Shown here: positions 10,862 to 20,320 of the stretch, in pieces | Numbering within the stretch: position 1 is the first letter of the stretch | Layout: each line of letters opens with the position of its first letter | Assembly (NCBI GenBank): GCA_963760795.1 | Contig: CAVXEP010000003.1 | Coordinates: forward strand, 64,001 to 128,000 | DNA length: 64,000 nucleotides | Source of the DNA: an uncultured delta proteobacterium | Lineage (GTDB): Bacteria > Desulfobacterota > Binatia > UBA9968 | Direction: 5' to 3' | The notes under the pieces: model-generated | Database searches by the model: none | What the model was told of the DNA's origin: nothing | Seen by the model: only the letters and a program-made list of their open reading frames with translations | Program-made: the position numbers and the translations under genes

Positions 10862-12925
10862 ATGCCGAAGAAACGCACCACTCCAGCGAAACCAACGCCT
10901 CTGCGACAGAGGGCGGAAGCGGCCGTGCGCGCCAGCCGCACCGACATCGCCCGGATGTCACCGAAGGAGAAGCAGCGGCTGGTCCACGAACTCCAGGTCC
11001 ACCAGATCGAGTTGGAGATACAGAACGAGGAACTGCGCCGCGCCCAGGGGGAACTGGCCCAGTCGCGCGACCGCTTCAATCATCTCTACGACTTCGCGCC
11101 CGTCGGTTACGTAACCCTCAATCCAGACGGCACCGTGCTGGAGGCCAATCTGACGTTGGCAACGATGCTCGGCGTCGAACGGGCCATACTCGTCGGCGGC
11201 AAATTCACCCGCTTCGTCTCCCGCGACGCGCAGGACGCGCTTTACCTGCACCAGAACGCCGTGCTCGGCGGCGACGTGCAACAGGCGTGCGATCTGCGCC
11301 TGCGCCGGGCGGACGGCAAGAGCTTCGCCGCGCGAATGGAAACCATCAGCATCATCGACGGCGTTTCGGGCGTTTGCCAATACCGCAGCGCGATCATCGA
11401 CATCACCGAGCGCAACCGGGCGGAGCAGGCGCTGCGGGATAACGAAGAGCGGCTGCGATTGGCGGTAGACGGGGCCGGCATGGGGACCTGGGACGTGGAC
11501 TTGAAAACTGCGGCAACTGTGTGGAACCGGCGGCATTATCAAATAATGGGATACGAACCGAACAGCGCCCCGCCTAACTGGGAGATGTGGCGCTCGCGCA
11601 TCCATCCCGATGATCTCGATCGCGTGATGAAGGCGCGGCAGTCTGCTCTAGAGACAAAAGGTTTGTATAACCCCGAGCATCGGATTGTTCGCGCCGACAA
11701 CGGCGAGATCCGTTGGGTCGCGCCGTTTGCGCGTTATATCTATAACGACGCCGGCGCCGCGATCCGCTTCGCCGGCGTTGATTTTGACATCACCGAGAGC
11801 AAACATGCCGAGCAGGCGCTGCGCGAGAGCGAGGAGCGTTTTCGGACGACCTTCGAGAATGTTGCCGTCGGCATCGCTCATGTGGCGCCGGACGGGCGGT
11901 GGCTAAAAGTGAATGACAAGCTCTGTCAAATTGTCGGCTATGGCCGGGAGCAGTTATTGGCCAAGACTTTCCAAGACATCACCCATGCCGATGATGTCAG
12001 CGCCAATCTGGCCTTGCTGCGGCGAGCGCTGGCTGGGGAGATCGAGACTTACGCGATGGAAAAGCGCTATATCCGTAGCGATGGTTCAGCGGTCTGGGTT
12101 AATCTGACGACCTCGCTGGTTCGTGACGCGCAAACCCAGGCGCCGCTTTATTTCATCTCCGTGGTCGAGAATATTAGCAAACGTAAACGCGCCGAAGACC
12201 AACTGCGCGGGTTTGCCGAGGATCTGGAGCGGCAAGTCGCGGCGCGAACCGCCGAGCTGATGGCATCGCAAGAACAGCTCAGGGCCCTCGCCGAGCGTAA
12301 GCATGAGCTCCAAGAAGTAGAGCGTGCGCAGTTGGCGCGCGAGCTTCATGACGAGTTCGGCGCCGCATTCACCGCGCTAAAAGTCGATCTTCACTGGATC
12401 ATGGCGCGGCTCCCTAAGAGCGTCGATGGGGTTGAAGAAAAGGCCCGAGTGATGTCGGATCTGATCGACAACTCGGTCGAATCGGTGCGACGCACGGCTA
12501 GTCTACTGCGCCCCAGGCTATTGGATGATTTTGGCCTGGTGGCGGCCATCGAGTGGCAAACCGCAGAATTTCAGCGGCGAACGGGAATCCAGTGCGTCAC
12601 CCGATTGGCCGAGGAAGTCGATTTGGATCAGGCGATGTCGACCGCTCTTTACCGCCTTTTGCAAGAGACGCTAACCAATGTGGCGCGTCATGCCAAGGCA
12701 ACCAAGGTTCACGTTAGCTTACAGATCGAAGGCGGCAAGGTATTGCTCGACGTGCAGGACAACGGCATCGGCTTCGACCCTGAGGCGGCCATCAATGACC
12801 GGTCTTTTGGTCTCATCGGCATGCAGGAACGCGCCTACGCTTTTGGCGGCCATGCTCACTTCGAGAGCCGGCCGCTTCACGGCGCCACGGTCATTGTCGA
12901 AATCCCGCTCGCGAGAAAAGCTTAG
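10862..12925 (+). CDS. multi-PAS sensor histidine kinase (HisKA_3, NarX/UhpB type)
   Basis: N-terminal LVHELQVHQIELEIQNEEL coil, three PAS/PAC domains, ARELHDEFG H-box, QETLTNVARHA N-box, DNGIGF. Confidence 0.92.
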   Translation: MPKKRTTPAKPTPLRQRAEAAVRASRTDIARMSPKEKQRLVHELQVHQIELEIQNEELRRAQGELAQSRDRFNHLYDFAPVGYVTLNPDGTVLEANLTLATMLGVERAILVGGKFTRFVSRDAQDALYLHQNAVLGGDVQQACDLRLRRADGKSFAARMETISIIDGVSGVCQYRSAIIDITERNRAEQALRDNEERLRLAVDGAGMGTWDVDLKTAATVWNRRHYQIMGYEPNSAPPNWEMWRSRIHPDDLDRVMKARQSALETKGLYNPEHRIVRADNGEIRWVAPFARYIYNDAGAAIRFAGVDFDITESKHAEQALRESEERFRTTFENVAVGIAHVAPDGRWLKVNDKLCQIVGYGREQLLAKTFQDITHADDVSANLALLRRALAGEIETYAMEKRYIRSDGSAVWVNLTTSLVRDAQTQAPLYFISVVENISKRKRAEDQLRGFAEDLERQVAARTAELMASQEQLRALAERKHELQEVERAQLARELHDEFGAAFTALKVDLHWIMARLPKSVDGVEEKARVMSDLIDNSVESVRRTASLLRPRLLDDFGLVAAIEWQTAEFQRRTGIQCVTRLAEEVDLDQAMSTALYRLLQETLTNVARHAKATKVHVSLQIEGGKVLLDVQDNGIGFDPEAAINDRSFGLIGMQERAYAFGGHAHFESRPLHGATVIVEIPLARKA

Positions 12926-12929
12926 TGTC

Positions 12930-13565
12930 ATGGCCAGAATCTTAATCGTCGAAGATCATCCGATTTATCGCCGCGGTGTGCGCGACATTCTCGCCGGCAA
13001 CCGCAACTTTACCGAATTCGGCGAGGCCGGAGACGCCAGCCGGGCGGCCGAGTTGCTGCGTAAAGAACGCTGGGACGCCGTGGTGCTGGATATTAACTTA
13101 CCGGGAAAAAGCGGCCTGGAGTTTTTGAAGGAAGTGCGGCTTGCTTACCCCAAACTACCGGTGCTCGTCTTGAGCGGTTACGCCGAGGAGCAGTACGCTC
13201 TGCGCATGCTCAAGGCCGGCGCCTCCGGCTATTTCACCAAGAGTCGCACGCCGGAAGAATTGATCGGTGCTCTGACCAGACTGCTGCAGGGCAAAAAATA
13301 CATCAGCGAGTCGATCGCCGAGAAAGCGCTAGCGCAACTGCAACCCGGAGCGGAAAAGCCGGCCCATGAACTGCTCTCCGATCGGGAATTCGAAGTGCTG
13401 AAACTGATCGTCCAGGGAATCGCGCCGAGAGATATTTGCCTCCAGCTCTGCATCAGCCCGCGCACCGTCAGCACCTATCGTGCCCGCTTGCTGCAAAAGT
13501 TTAATTTTAAGAGTAACGCGCAACTGGTCAAATACGCGATCGCCCACAAGCTCTTCGACGACTAG
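12930..13565 (+). CDS. NarL/LuxR-family response regulator
   Basis: ATG 4 nt after the kinase stop; ILIVEDH, VLDINLPG, C-terminal LSDREFEVL...SPRTVSTYRAR HTH. Confidence 0.92.
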   Translation: MARILIVEDHPIYRRGVRDILAGNRNFTEFGEAGDASRAAELLRKERWDAVVLDINLPGKSGLEFLKEVRLAYPKLPVLVLSGYAEEQYALRMLKAGASGYFTKSRTPEELIGALTRLLQGKKYISESIAEKALAQLQPGAEKPAHELLSDREFEVLKLIVQGIAPRDICLQLCISPRTVSTYRARLLQKFNFKSNAQLVKYAIAHKLFDD

Positions 13566-13752
13566 CCGGCGCTCTTGGCCGGCCCAGCGCGGCCGGCAAT
13601 TCTGAATTCTCCAGCCAGTGAGATCATCCCTCACCGCGAAGCTCAACCATGGCACGGGTTCGGGTTGTTTCCCGCCACGCATTAGATTCTTACCTTGAAA
13701 TGTTAAACAGAACGACTTCAACAATTTACCGCGCCAGTACGCCTGCGAAAAT

Positions 13753-13860
13753 AAACCCGAAATCCGAAGCATGAAATTCGAAACAAACAGGCGGCGAATA
13801 AACCGAAAACCTAAGAAAATTCAAAACACCGAATCCGAACGCAGCTTGTTTGGAATTTTA
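13753..13860. repeat. 7-nt periodic intergenic repeat
   Basis: aaacccg aaatccg aagcatg aaattcg aaacaaa, with a downstream complementary ttgtttggaattt. Confidence 0.55.
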
Positions 13861-13993
13861 CTTCAAAGGTTGTTATTGGCGCCGTGGAGCGAGTTCTGTT
13901 AACAGGGCTGTCACTCTTGTGTCGTAAAAATGATGACAGACGCACAGGCTGAAAGACTACAGCAAAATCATCGATTCCCCACTAGTCCTTTCC

Positions 13994-14920
13994 GTGGAGA
14001 TTTCTTATACACAGCACTTCAAATCTTCGCGGTCCATGCAAGGAGTCCTGCAAATGCCTGCGAGAATGCCGGAAGCCAAATATCACGGTCATCTTTGCCA
14101 GTCTGCGGGTGCGACTGAACTAAGGGAAACGCCGGCGACACCGGCCGCGACTGTCTCGACGGACGCGCTGCGTATCGGCCTGGCGCACTTCATCCACGAG
14201 ATCAACACCCCCCTGCAAATGGTTTACTGGGCCGCTGACATGATGGATACGCATATGCCCAAGACCCGCGGCTGTGGCGATCCCTTCGCCGGCAAGATGC
14301 TCCAAGAACTAAAAAGCGGGGTCTATCAATTGATCTCGCTGGTCGGTTCGTTACGGTCTCAGCTAGAGAGCCTCTGGCAAATCAACCCTTCGTTGAACTC
14401 TGTAAACTTGAACTCGCTGATCATGGACGTCGTTCAAAGTGACGCGGCGCGGTTTGCCGCCCACGGTATTCGTGTCGACATGGACAGCGCCGCCGCCCTG
14501 CCGGCGCTCCAGGCCGACGAAAAACTGCTCAGACAGGTGTTCGTCAATCTTTTCCGCAATGCTGCGGACGCCATGCCGGAGGGGGGAGTTTTGAGCGTCA
14601 GAGCCGGCGCGCGCGCAGATTCGGTATGGCTCGAAATCTCCGACACCGGCGCCGGCATTCCGCCCGAGTTGGACGCTTTTCAACCCTTTACCACATCGAA
14701 GCCAGGGGGCATGGGCCTCGGGTTAGCGATCACCCGGCATATCGTCGAAATCCATGGCGGGACAATTGCCTACCGGAGCGAGCTCGGCAAGGGCACAACC
14801 TTTGGGCTGAGATTTCCGTGCTGTTTCGAAACGACAAAAATTTCGGTTCCACGCGCCGCTGCTGCAGATGGCAGCTCAGAGCGATTTTTTGGTTGTCTCT
14901 GTCATGCGCCGGAGAAATAA
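13994..14920 (+). CDS. orphan histidine kinase (HisKA-HATPase) without a recognisable input domain; start uncertain
   Basis: HEINTPL H-box, QVFVNLFRNAADA N-box, DTGAGI, FQPFTTSK, GMGLGLAI. Confidence 0.85.
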   Translation: MEISYTQHFKSSRSMQGVLQMPARMPEAKYHGHLCQSAGATELRETPATPAATVSTDALRIGLAHFIHEINTPLQMVYWAADMMDTHMPKTRGCGDPFAGKMLQELKSGVYQLISLVGSLRSQLESLWQINPSLNSVNLNSLIMDVVQSDAARFAAHGIRVDMDSAAALPALQADEKLLRQVFVNLFRNAADAMPEGGVLSVRAGARADSVWLEISDTGAGIPPELDAFQPFTTSKPGGMGLGLAITRHIVEIHGGTIAYRSELGKGTTFGLRFPCCFETTKISVPRAAAADGSSERFFGCLCHAPEK

Positions 14921-15000
14921 TCACTTCGACCGTAATGCAGCCTGTGCGGCGTTTTCACCAGCCGGTGGAGATTTGCCGACGGCAAAGGAGGGACAAGGCT

Positions 15001-15087
15001 ATGACGCGCTATATTGAAATCGTTGGCTGGCTGATCGTCAGCGGCTTGTTTGTGTTTGCCGTGGGAGTGCTGGTTGGGCGCTGGTAG
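15001..15087 (+). CDS. 28-aa single-TM small protein
   Basis: AAGGAGG RBS about 8 nt before the ATG; MTRYIEIVGWLIVSGLFVFAVGVLVGRW. Confidence 0.5.
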   Translation: MTRYIEIVGWLIVSGLFVFAVGVLVGRW

Positions 15088-15865
15088 GACGGGGGTCATC
15101 GGTGGCTGGTAAAGCCACTGCGGTAGGCAGTTTATCGGTTCAGGTGAGAGGCCACCTTCTAGCGATCCTTCTCTACCCGAGGGTTAGGCGCTCAGTACAG
15201 ACGCACGGAAAGTCCCATGGAGTGGACTCTCGGTTGTTTCCGAAAATCGCTTCCCGAGATTGAGAATAATGAGCGATCGTAACAGTCGCATAAACCTTTC
15301 CTGTAGGGTCGATTCAGTGACTACCGGCATACATGCATCGGGTATCGCCACCAAGGACGCGGCCATTGAAAATAATGGTGAAGCCACTCGTGAGGGGTTC
15401 CCCGGTGTTCAGTTTAATTTCAATCGTCGACAATCCTTCTATCCTAAAATAGTCCGATGGATGATCTTAAAGATCACCGGGAAAAGCAGCGAGCGCCTTA
15501 TCTTTGAAGCGGAAATATACCGAATCAATGGTCAGTCACGATGGCGCGCACATTGGAGAGCGACGTTTAGAGCAACGATGGCTTTGCCGAACCATAGGTT
15601 GAAGCGCAAATGACCGGGCCGGACGTTATGCGATTATTATGGCGGGTGGTGATGTCGAGGAGCGACCGGGGCTCGAAGCGGCGCCTGTTAGCCGTGCTCG
15701 ATAAAACCAACTGCTGCTCGCGTTTGTATTGCGATATCGACGAGCGGGCTCTGGCAATGCGGGTCGAATGGCCGCGTCCAAGCGCACTGCGACGTCAAGG
15801 TGTTCAAACTTTACACGACTAGTTTCAGCGTCGAACTGCGGAGCGCGAGATTGGAGATGCCAGAC

Positions 15866-16132
15866 ATGGATCGAGTGGAACCAGTGAAACATGTCGATCG
15901 TATCGTAAGACGCAAGGAACAGATCGCTGTCGCTTTGCGCCATATTGAAAACGAGAAGCAAGCTGTCGAGCGAAAAATGCTCTCCATGGATCGAGACGCG
16001 CGGGCTCGCCGACTTGTGCTACTCGGGTATCTGATCAACCGATACATGCGGCATCTCGATCGGTTGGAGCGGGTACTTGGGCGCTCCGAAGCGCCGGTTC
16101 AAGGTTCAACAAGCGGGCAGACTCTGGTGTAG
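15866..16132 (+). CDS. small coiled-coil protein resembling the helical part of DksA/TraR-like proteins, with no Zn finger
   Basis: GGAG RBS; helical-hairpin pattern RRKEQIAVALRHIENEKQAVE...RRLVLLGYLINRY...LDRLERVLGR. Confidence 0.45.
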   Translation: MDRVEPVKHVDRIVRRKEQIAVALRHIENEKQAVERKMLSMDRDARARRLVLLGYLINRYMRHLDRLERVLGRSEAPVQGSTSGQTLV

Positions 16133-16343
16133 CTTACCTGCAAGCCCTGCATCGCTTTGGCGAGTGGCGTCTTGCCAACCTCCAACAGCAAATAAATGTG
16201 ATTGCAAGACGTGCGCGTGGAGGTGACGTAGCGGCGCCGATCAGCGTCGGAACGAAATATCGCAATTGTAACCCATGGCAAGCAGCCCGGAACGGAACTT
16301 CATGGCTCTCTCTATGACAGGCAATACGGCCGCGGCAACGCGG

Positions 16344-17060
16344 TCAGCCTTCGGCGTCGCTCAATCCTTGTAGGACGATGCCGCGGTCGGCAACGATTTT
16401 GAATAAATACTGTGCCGGCTTCAGCGCCGTGCTGCGCATTTTTTCAATGGTCAAGGTGCGCACGAAACGGCTCTTGGCCAGCTCCATTTCCAGAACGATG
16501 GTGCCGGCGACGAGATACTCCTCAAGACCGCGGACATTGCGTTCGACGGAATAGGTGGTCAGGAGATTGGTGGTATTGCCGTTGGCCTGGAGCCCGTAGA
16601 ACAGCGTGCGCGCCTGATCCGGCGCCCGCGAGGTTGCTTCGCGGTTGAACAAAAGCGGTCCCACCGGATCGATGACCACCCGGGTGGCGCCCATGCGCGC
16701 GATGTATGCGTTGAGATCGGTGACGACGCGCTGCACGTCGATTTTCTTCTGCGTGTCGCTGCTGCCGCTGAAGTAGGCCGAAGCATCGAGAATGACGAAC
16801 TCTTTGGACTCGATAAACGGCGCCAGGTCCCAGCCCAAGGACTCCGCCTGTTCGAGCACGTCGGCGGGCTTTTCATCGATGGCGACATAGAGCCCCTTCT
16901 CTTTTTCCATCAAGCCGTTGACGAGAAATTGCAATCCGAAAACCGACTTGCCCGTGCCCGGCTCGCCGACGACAAGATAAGTTTTACCGGGTCGCAAACC
17001 GCCTTCGATCAGCGCATCGAGTTCGACGATGCCGGTGGGCACTCTATTACCGTTGACCAT
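16344..17060 (-). CDS. single-domain KaiC/RAD55-like RecA-fold ATPase
   Basis: RVPTGIVELDALIEGGL, Walker A GEPGTGKS, AIDEK, SLGWDL, Walker B RVVID, EEYLV, KMR arginine finger. Confidence 0.9.
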   Translation of the reverse strand: MVNGNRVPTGIVELDALIEGGLRPGKTYLVVGEPGTGKSVFGLQFLVNGLMEKEKGLYVAIDEKPADVLEQAESLGWDLAPFIESKEFVILDASAYFSGSSDTQKKIDVQRVVTDLNAYIARMGATRVVIDPVGPLLFNREATSRAPDQARTLFYGLQANGNTTNLLTTYSVERNVRGLEEYLVAGTIVLEMELAKSRFVRTLTIEKMRSTALKPAQYLFKIVADRGIVLQGLSDAEG

Positions 17061-17175
17061 GACCCATCATTCTTTCAGACCGTTGCAGTAAATTTGTTTG
17101 CTGCGGCGCCGGCGATTTTCCTTCCGGCGTGAAGGTCGAACCGGCGCTCGCCAGTTGCCACGAATCGGCCGGCGG

Positions 17176-18945
17176 CTACGGCCGCACTTTCCAACGGCCG
17201 CTCTTTTCGCGCAGCTCGGCGCGTTTGCGCTCGATCTCCGCCGACAAGCGTTGATGTAAATCGACGGCCGGCACTTTGATCGGATCGGTCATGGGGCCGT
17301 CGCCGGGCAGCGCCGGCTGCAGCAAATGAGCCCCGCTATCCATGCTACCCGACGTTACCACAGTGCGCAGTTCGACCGGTTGCAAACTGACAGCAAACCC
17401 GCCTAACGGCGCCGCTGTGCCGCCCTCGGCCAAACCATCGGGGCGGCTCACTGACGCCAGCGGCGGCGGCAAACCGTTAAGGCCGACCCGTTGAGCGAGA
17501 GTTTGTACCTGAGTTTTGAGCTCGTGCAACTCGCCGTCGCGCCGGTCGAGCGCCAACATGCCGTGGGCCAACTGATTGTGTAGCTCGCGCAGCCGCCCAT
17601 TCACGGCATCTTCCACCCCTTGAAGCGCGCCATCGTGGGCGCGCCGTTCGTTCAATTGCGCTTCGATCGCCCTCATGTCGGCTTTGACCGCGCCGCGAAT
17701 CTGCGCGGTTTCTTGGGCCACCAGCGCGTGAGTCTGCTGGGCCAAGGTCTCCGCTTGGACTTGCCGCTGCATCAGCGTCTGCATGTCGCCGGGCAATTCT
17801 TTGAATTGGTTTTGCCATTCAATGCTAGCGCGCTGGTGCTCGGCGATCTGCTTATGCACTTCGTGAATTTGCTCGCGCAGCATCGCTTCGACGCTCCGAA
17901 CCAATGCGTCATTGGGCGCGCGCCGCTGTTCGAGTAATGCCGTTTTCAATTCGGCGATCTCACCGCGCAAAGCCACCGTGGCTTGAGAGGCCTCGCGTGC
18001 TTCGTTGGCCGCGCCAGCATTAGCGTTTTGATTGGACTGTTCCAGCTGAGCGATACGCGCCGTCAATGCCAGGGTCTCGCCGCGAAATTGTTCTTGATCG
18101 ACTTTGGCGCTGGTGACGCCATGGAGCTTGCCGCGAATCTCGTCGCCCAACTCGCGCAACCGGGCGGTCAAACGCTCGTCGGAGTCGCGCTGCCACAGCG
18201 CCCGCTCCGCTTCCCGTTCGCTCGCACTGGCCTCGGCCGGCGGTGTTGCCGCCACATAATCGAGCCGCTTCGCCACCCCGGCGAGTTGCACTCGGACCTC
18301 GCTCAGCTCGCCATCGCGCAAGCGCAGCAACGCGGCTTTTTCGCGGATCTCCAGTTGCAGGCCATCGAGCTTTTTTTGCCAAGAGCTTTCCAGCGCCTCG
18401 GTCTGGTCGCGCACGGCCAGCGCGATTTGCTCTTGCGCCAACCGCGTATCGGCTGGAATGGGTTCGCGCCTTGCGGCCGCCTCGGCATCGGCGATGCGTT
18501 GCACCAGCCCAGCCATCTGCGCGCGCAGCGCGCTGACTTCGGGGTTGGCGATGGCCGTTGGCGGCTGCTCGATAAAGGCTTCCAACTCGCGAATTTTAGC
18601 CGCTAGTTGTGCTTCGATCTGGCCGCTGGTCAGTTGTTGTGCTTCAAGCGCATTTTGTCGTTCGCTAAATTGCCGGACTTGATCTTGTAGCAGGTCGACT
18701 GCAGCGCTGTCGCCGGCTGACCCGGCCGCGGCTTGGCTGTTTTGCAGTTCGCGCATTTGCCCCAGCAGCGCTTCCTCTAGGCGCCGGATCTGTTCAACCC
18801 GTTGCGCTTCGCTTGCGGCGATCGCTTGCGCCAGTCCGAGATCGGCCGCGGCTCGGCCGACCAGCCAACCATACAACACGTCTTTGCCGTTTGCGGGGCC
18901 AATCATTTGGCCACCGAACTGCTGATCGTTTTTCTCGTCCGCCAC
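17176..18945 (-). CDS. 589-aa Ala/Gln/Glu-rich coiled-coil protein of unknown function
   Basis: GTG start with GAGGAG RBS; long heptad stretches and internal repeats (RDGEL twice, xRELxxQ); no TM or catalytic motif. Confidence 0.8.
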   Translation of the reverse strand: MADEKNDQQFGGQMIGPANGKDVLYGWLVGRAAADLGLAQAIAASEAQRVEQIRRLEEALLGQMRELQNSQAAAGSAGDSAAVDLLQDQVRQFSERQNALEAQQLTSGQIEAQLAAKIRELEAFIEQPPTAIANPEVSALRAQMAGLVQRIADAEAAARREPIPADTRLAQEQIALAVRDQTEALESSWQKKLDGLQLEIREKAALLRLRDGELSEVRVQLAGVAKRLDYVAATPPAEASASEREAERALWQRDSDERLTARLRELGDEIRGKLHGVTSAKVDQEQFRGETLALTARIAQLEQSNQNANAGAANEAREASQATVALRGEIAELKTALLEQRRAPNDALVRSVEAMLREQIHEVHKQIAEHQRASIEWQNQFKELPGDMQTLMQRQVQAETLAQQTHALVAQETAQIRGAVKADMRAIEAQLNERRAHDGALQGVEDAVNGRLRELHNQLAHGMLALDRRDGELHELKTQVQTLAQRVGLNGLPPPLASVSRPDGLAEGGTAAPLGGFAVSLQPVELRTVVTSGSMDSGAHLLQPALPGDGPMTDPIKVPAVDLHQRLSAEIERKRAELREKSGRWKVRP

Positions 18946-19020
18946 GAATCTCGCTCCTCGCCCGTTGCCATTGCCGGGCGTAGTTCTACCTCGATTGAAA
19001 AAAGTCTTCGGCCTTCACAA

Positions 19021-19036
19021 AGCCAAATACATGCCA
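19021..19036 (-). promoter_or_regulatory. putative sigma54 (-24/-12) promoter for the coiled-coil/KaiC operon
   Basis: Minus strand TGGCATGTATTTGGCT (GG-N10-GC), about 75 nt upstream of the GTG. Confidence 0.45.
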
Positions 19037-19297
19037 CCCCCCACGCGGGCTAAAACTCAACAAAAACCAAAGATGGCGTAATCGTGCCGCAACACTCAAA
19101 GCGCGCCATTGGCCGTAATTGGACATTTTGGGACCGAATCCAGCCACCGATGGAAAACCCCGACGATCACGAGGCATCGAGTTCGTTGAGAGATCGTCTG
19201 AGCCATCTGTTCACTCCTGTACAGAGTTGTGCCTCAACGGCAGCAGAATTCGTTGCATTGGTCCGAAATTTTCCTTTCTTTCTACTAGTTTCGCGAC

Positions 19298-19313
19298 TGG
19301 CAACCATCTTGCT
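19298..19313 (+). promoter_or_regulatory. putative sigma54 (-24/-12) promoter for the chemosensory operon
   Basis: TGGCAACCATCTTGCT matches the TGGCAC-N5-TTGCW spacing, about 100 nt upstream of ATG 19415. Confidence 0.6.
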
Positions 19314-19414
19314 CACCCTTTCACCTCTTGGGACGATTGCCGATGCCGTTAAGGACCGGTTCGGCGTGGTCGGACGGGCAAAATTCCCGGCAAAAAACGA
19401 AAGGCGCACAAGCC

Positions 19415-19786
19415 ATGGCGGCGCGAAAAATATTACTGGTCGATGATTCGAAAACCATCCTGCAAATGGAACAAATGATTCTCGCCAACGAGCCCTATGA
19501 GTTGGTGATCGCGCACGATGGCGTTGAAGGCGTCGCGCTTGCCCTCGAAATCAATCCCGATCTGATTCTGCTGGACGTCGTCATGCCGAGGATGGGCGGC
19601 TTTGAAGCGTTGCGCGCGCTGCGCGCTAACCAACGGACCAGTGCTGTGCCGATCGTCATGGTCACCACCCAAGCCGAAGCCGACAGCATCGAGACCGGCT
19701 ACGCCAGCGGTTGCAGCGACTATATTGTCAAGCCCATCGACAGTGTGGAACTGCTCGCCAAAGTGCACGATCTCCTCGGTGACTGA
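19415..19786 (+). CDS. single-domain response regulator (CheY-like REC)
   Basis: ILLVDDS, PDLILLDVVMP, MVTT, DYIVKP. Confidence 0.9.
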   Translation: MAARKILLVDDSKTILQMEQMILANEPYELVIAHDGVEGVALALEINPDLILLDVVMPRMGGFEALRALRANQRTSAVPIVMVTTQAEADSIETGYASGCSDYIVKPIDSVELLAKVHDLLGD

Positions 19787-19794
19787 ACCAGCTC

Positions 19795-20313
19795 ATGAAC
19801 ACTCCATCAGCGAAACCACAAGGCGACTGGAAGCATTCGTCGCCGCCGAGTTCAGCCGGCGAACATGCGACAGCCTATCTGCATCCCGGCCAATTGCTAG
19901 TCTCCGCCCAAGCTTGCGCCGTAACGACCATTTTGGGTTCCTGTGTCGCGGTATGCTTGTGGGATCCGATCACCAAGATCGGCGGTCTCAATCACTTTCT
20001 GTTACCGACCTTTAGCGGCCAAGGAATCGCCTCGCCGCGGTTCGGCAACATCGCTATCAAAGAACTACTCGACCAGTTGGCCCAGTTGGGCAGCCAAAAA
20101 CATAACCTGTTGGCCAAGATGTTCGGCGGAGCCTGTGTGCTCGAAGCCTTTCGCCAACGCCAACATCATCTCGGCACGAAAAACATCGAGATTGCCCAAG
20201 AGTTATTGAAATCGGAATCGATCCCGCTGGTCGGTCACGATGTCGGCGGCCAGCGCGGCCGCAAACTGATCTTCCGTACCGACGACGGCGCAGCCTGGGT
20301 CAAGCCACTGTAA
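19795..20313 (+). CDS. cheD: chemoreceptor glutamine deamidase CheD
   Basis: TTILGSCVAVCLWD, GGLNHFLLP, AKMFGGA, DVGGQRGRK. Confidence 0.95.
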   Translation: MNTPSAKPQGDWKHSSPPSSAGEHATAYLHPGQLLVSAQACAVTTILGSCVAVCLWDPITKIGGLNHFLLPTFSGQGIASPRFGNIAIKELLDQLAQLGSQKHNLLAKMFGGACVLEAFRQRQHHLGTKNIEIAQELLKSESIPLVGHDVGGQRGRKLIFRTDDGAAWVKPL

Positions 20314-20320
20314 AACTATT

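Noticed and set aside
8890-11605. Long alternative-frame and antisense ORFs (e.g. 8890-9759, 10603-11442; also 46985-47902, 59608-60651)
   Set aside because: Shadow ORFs expected from high-GC codon bias over well-supported genes; they contain no motifs.
15260-15822. ORFs of 117 aa and 70 aa in the accessory gap
   Set aside because: No RBS, motif or typical composition to support them.
16344-17060. Circadian clock kaiC
   Set aside because: Single domain only, with no kaiA/kaiB in the window.
19376-19420. c-di-GMP-I (GEMM) riboswitch-like words GGCAAA...GAAA...GGCGCA upstream of the che operon
   Set aside because: No P2 stem can form around GAAA, there is no downstream CUAA-type P3, and it overlaps the start codon. 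A cmsearch against the Rfam c-di-GMP-I model would settle it.
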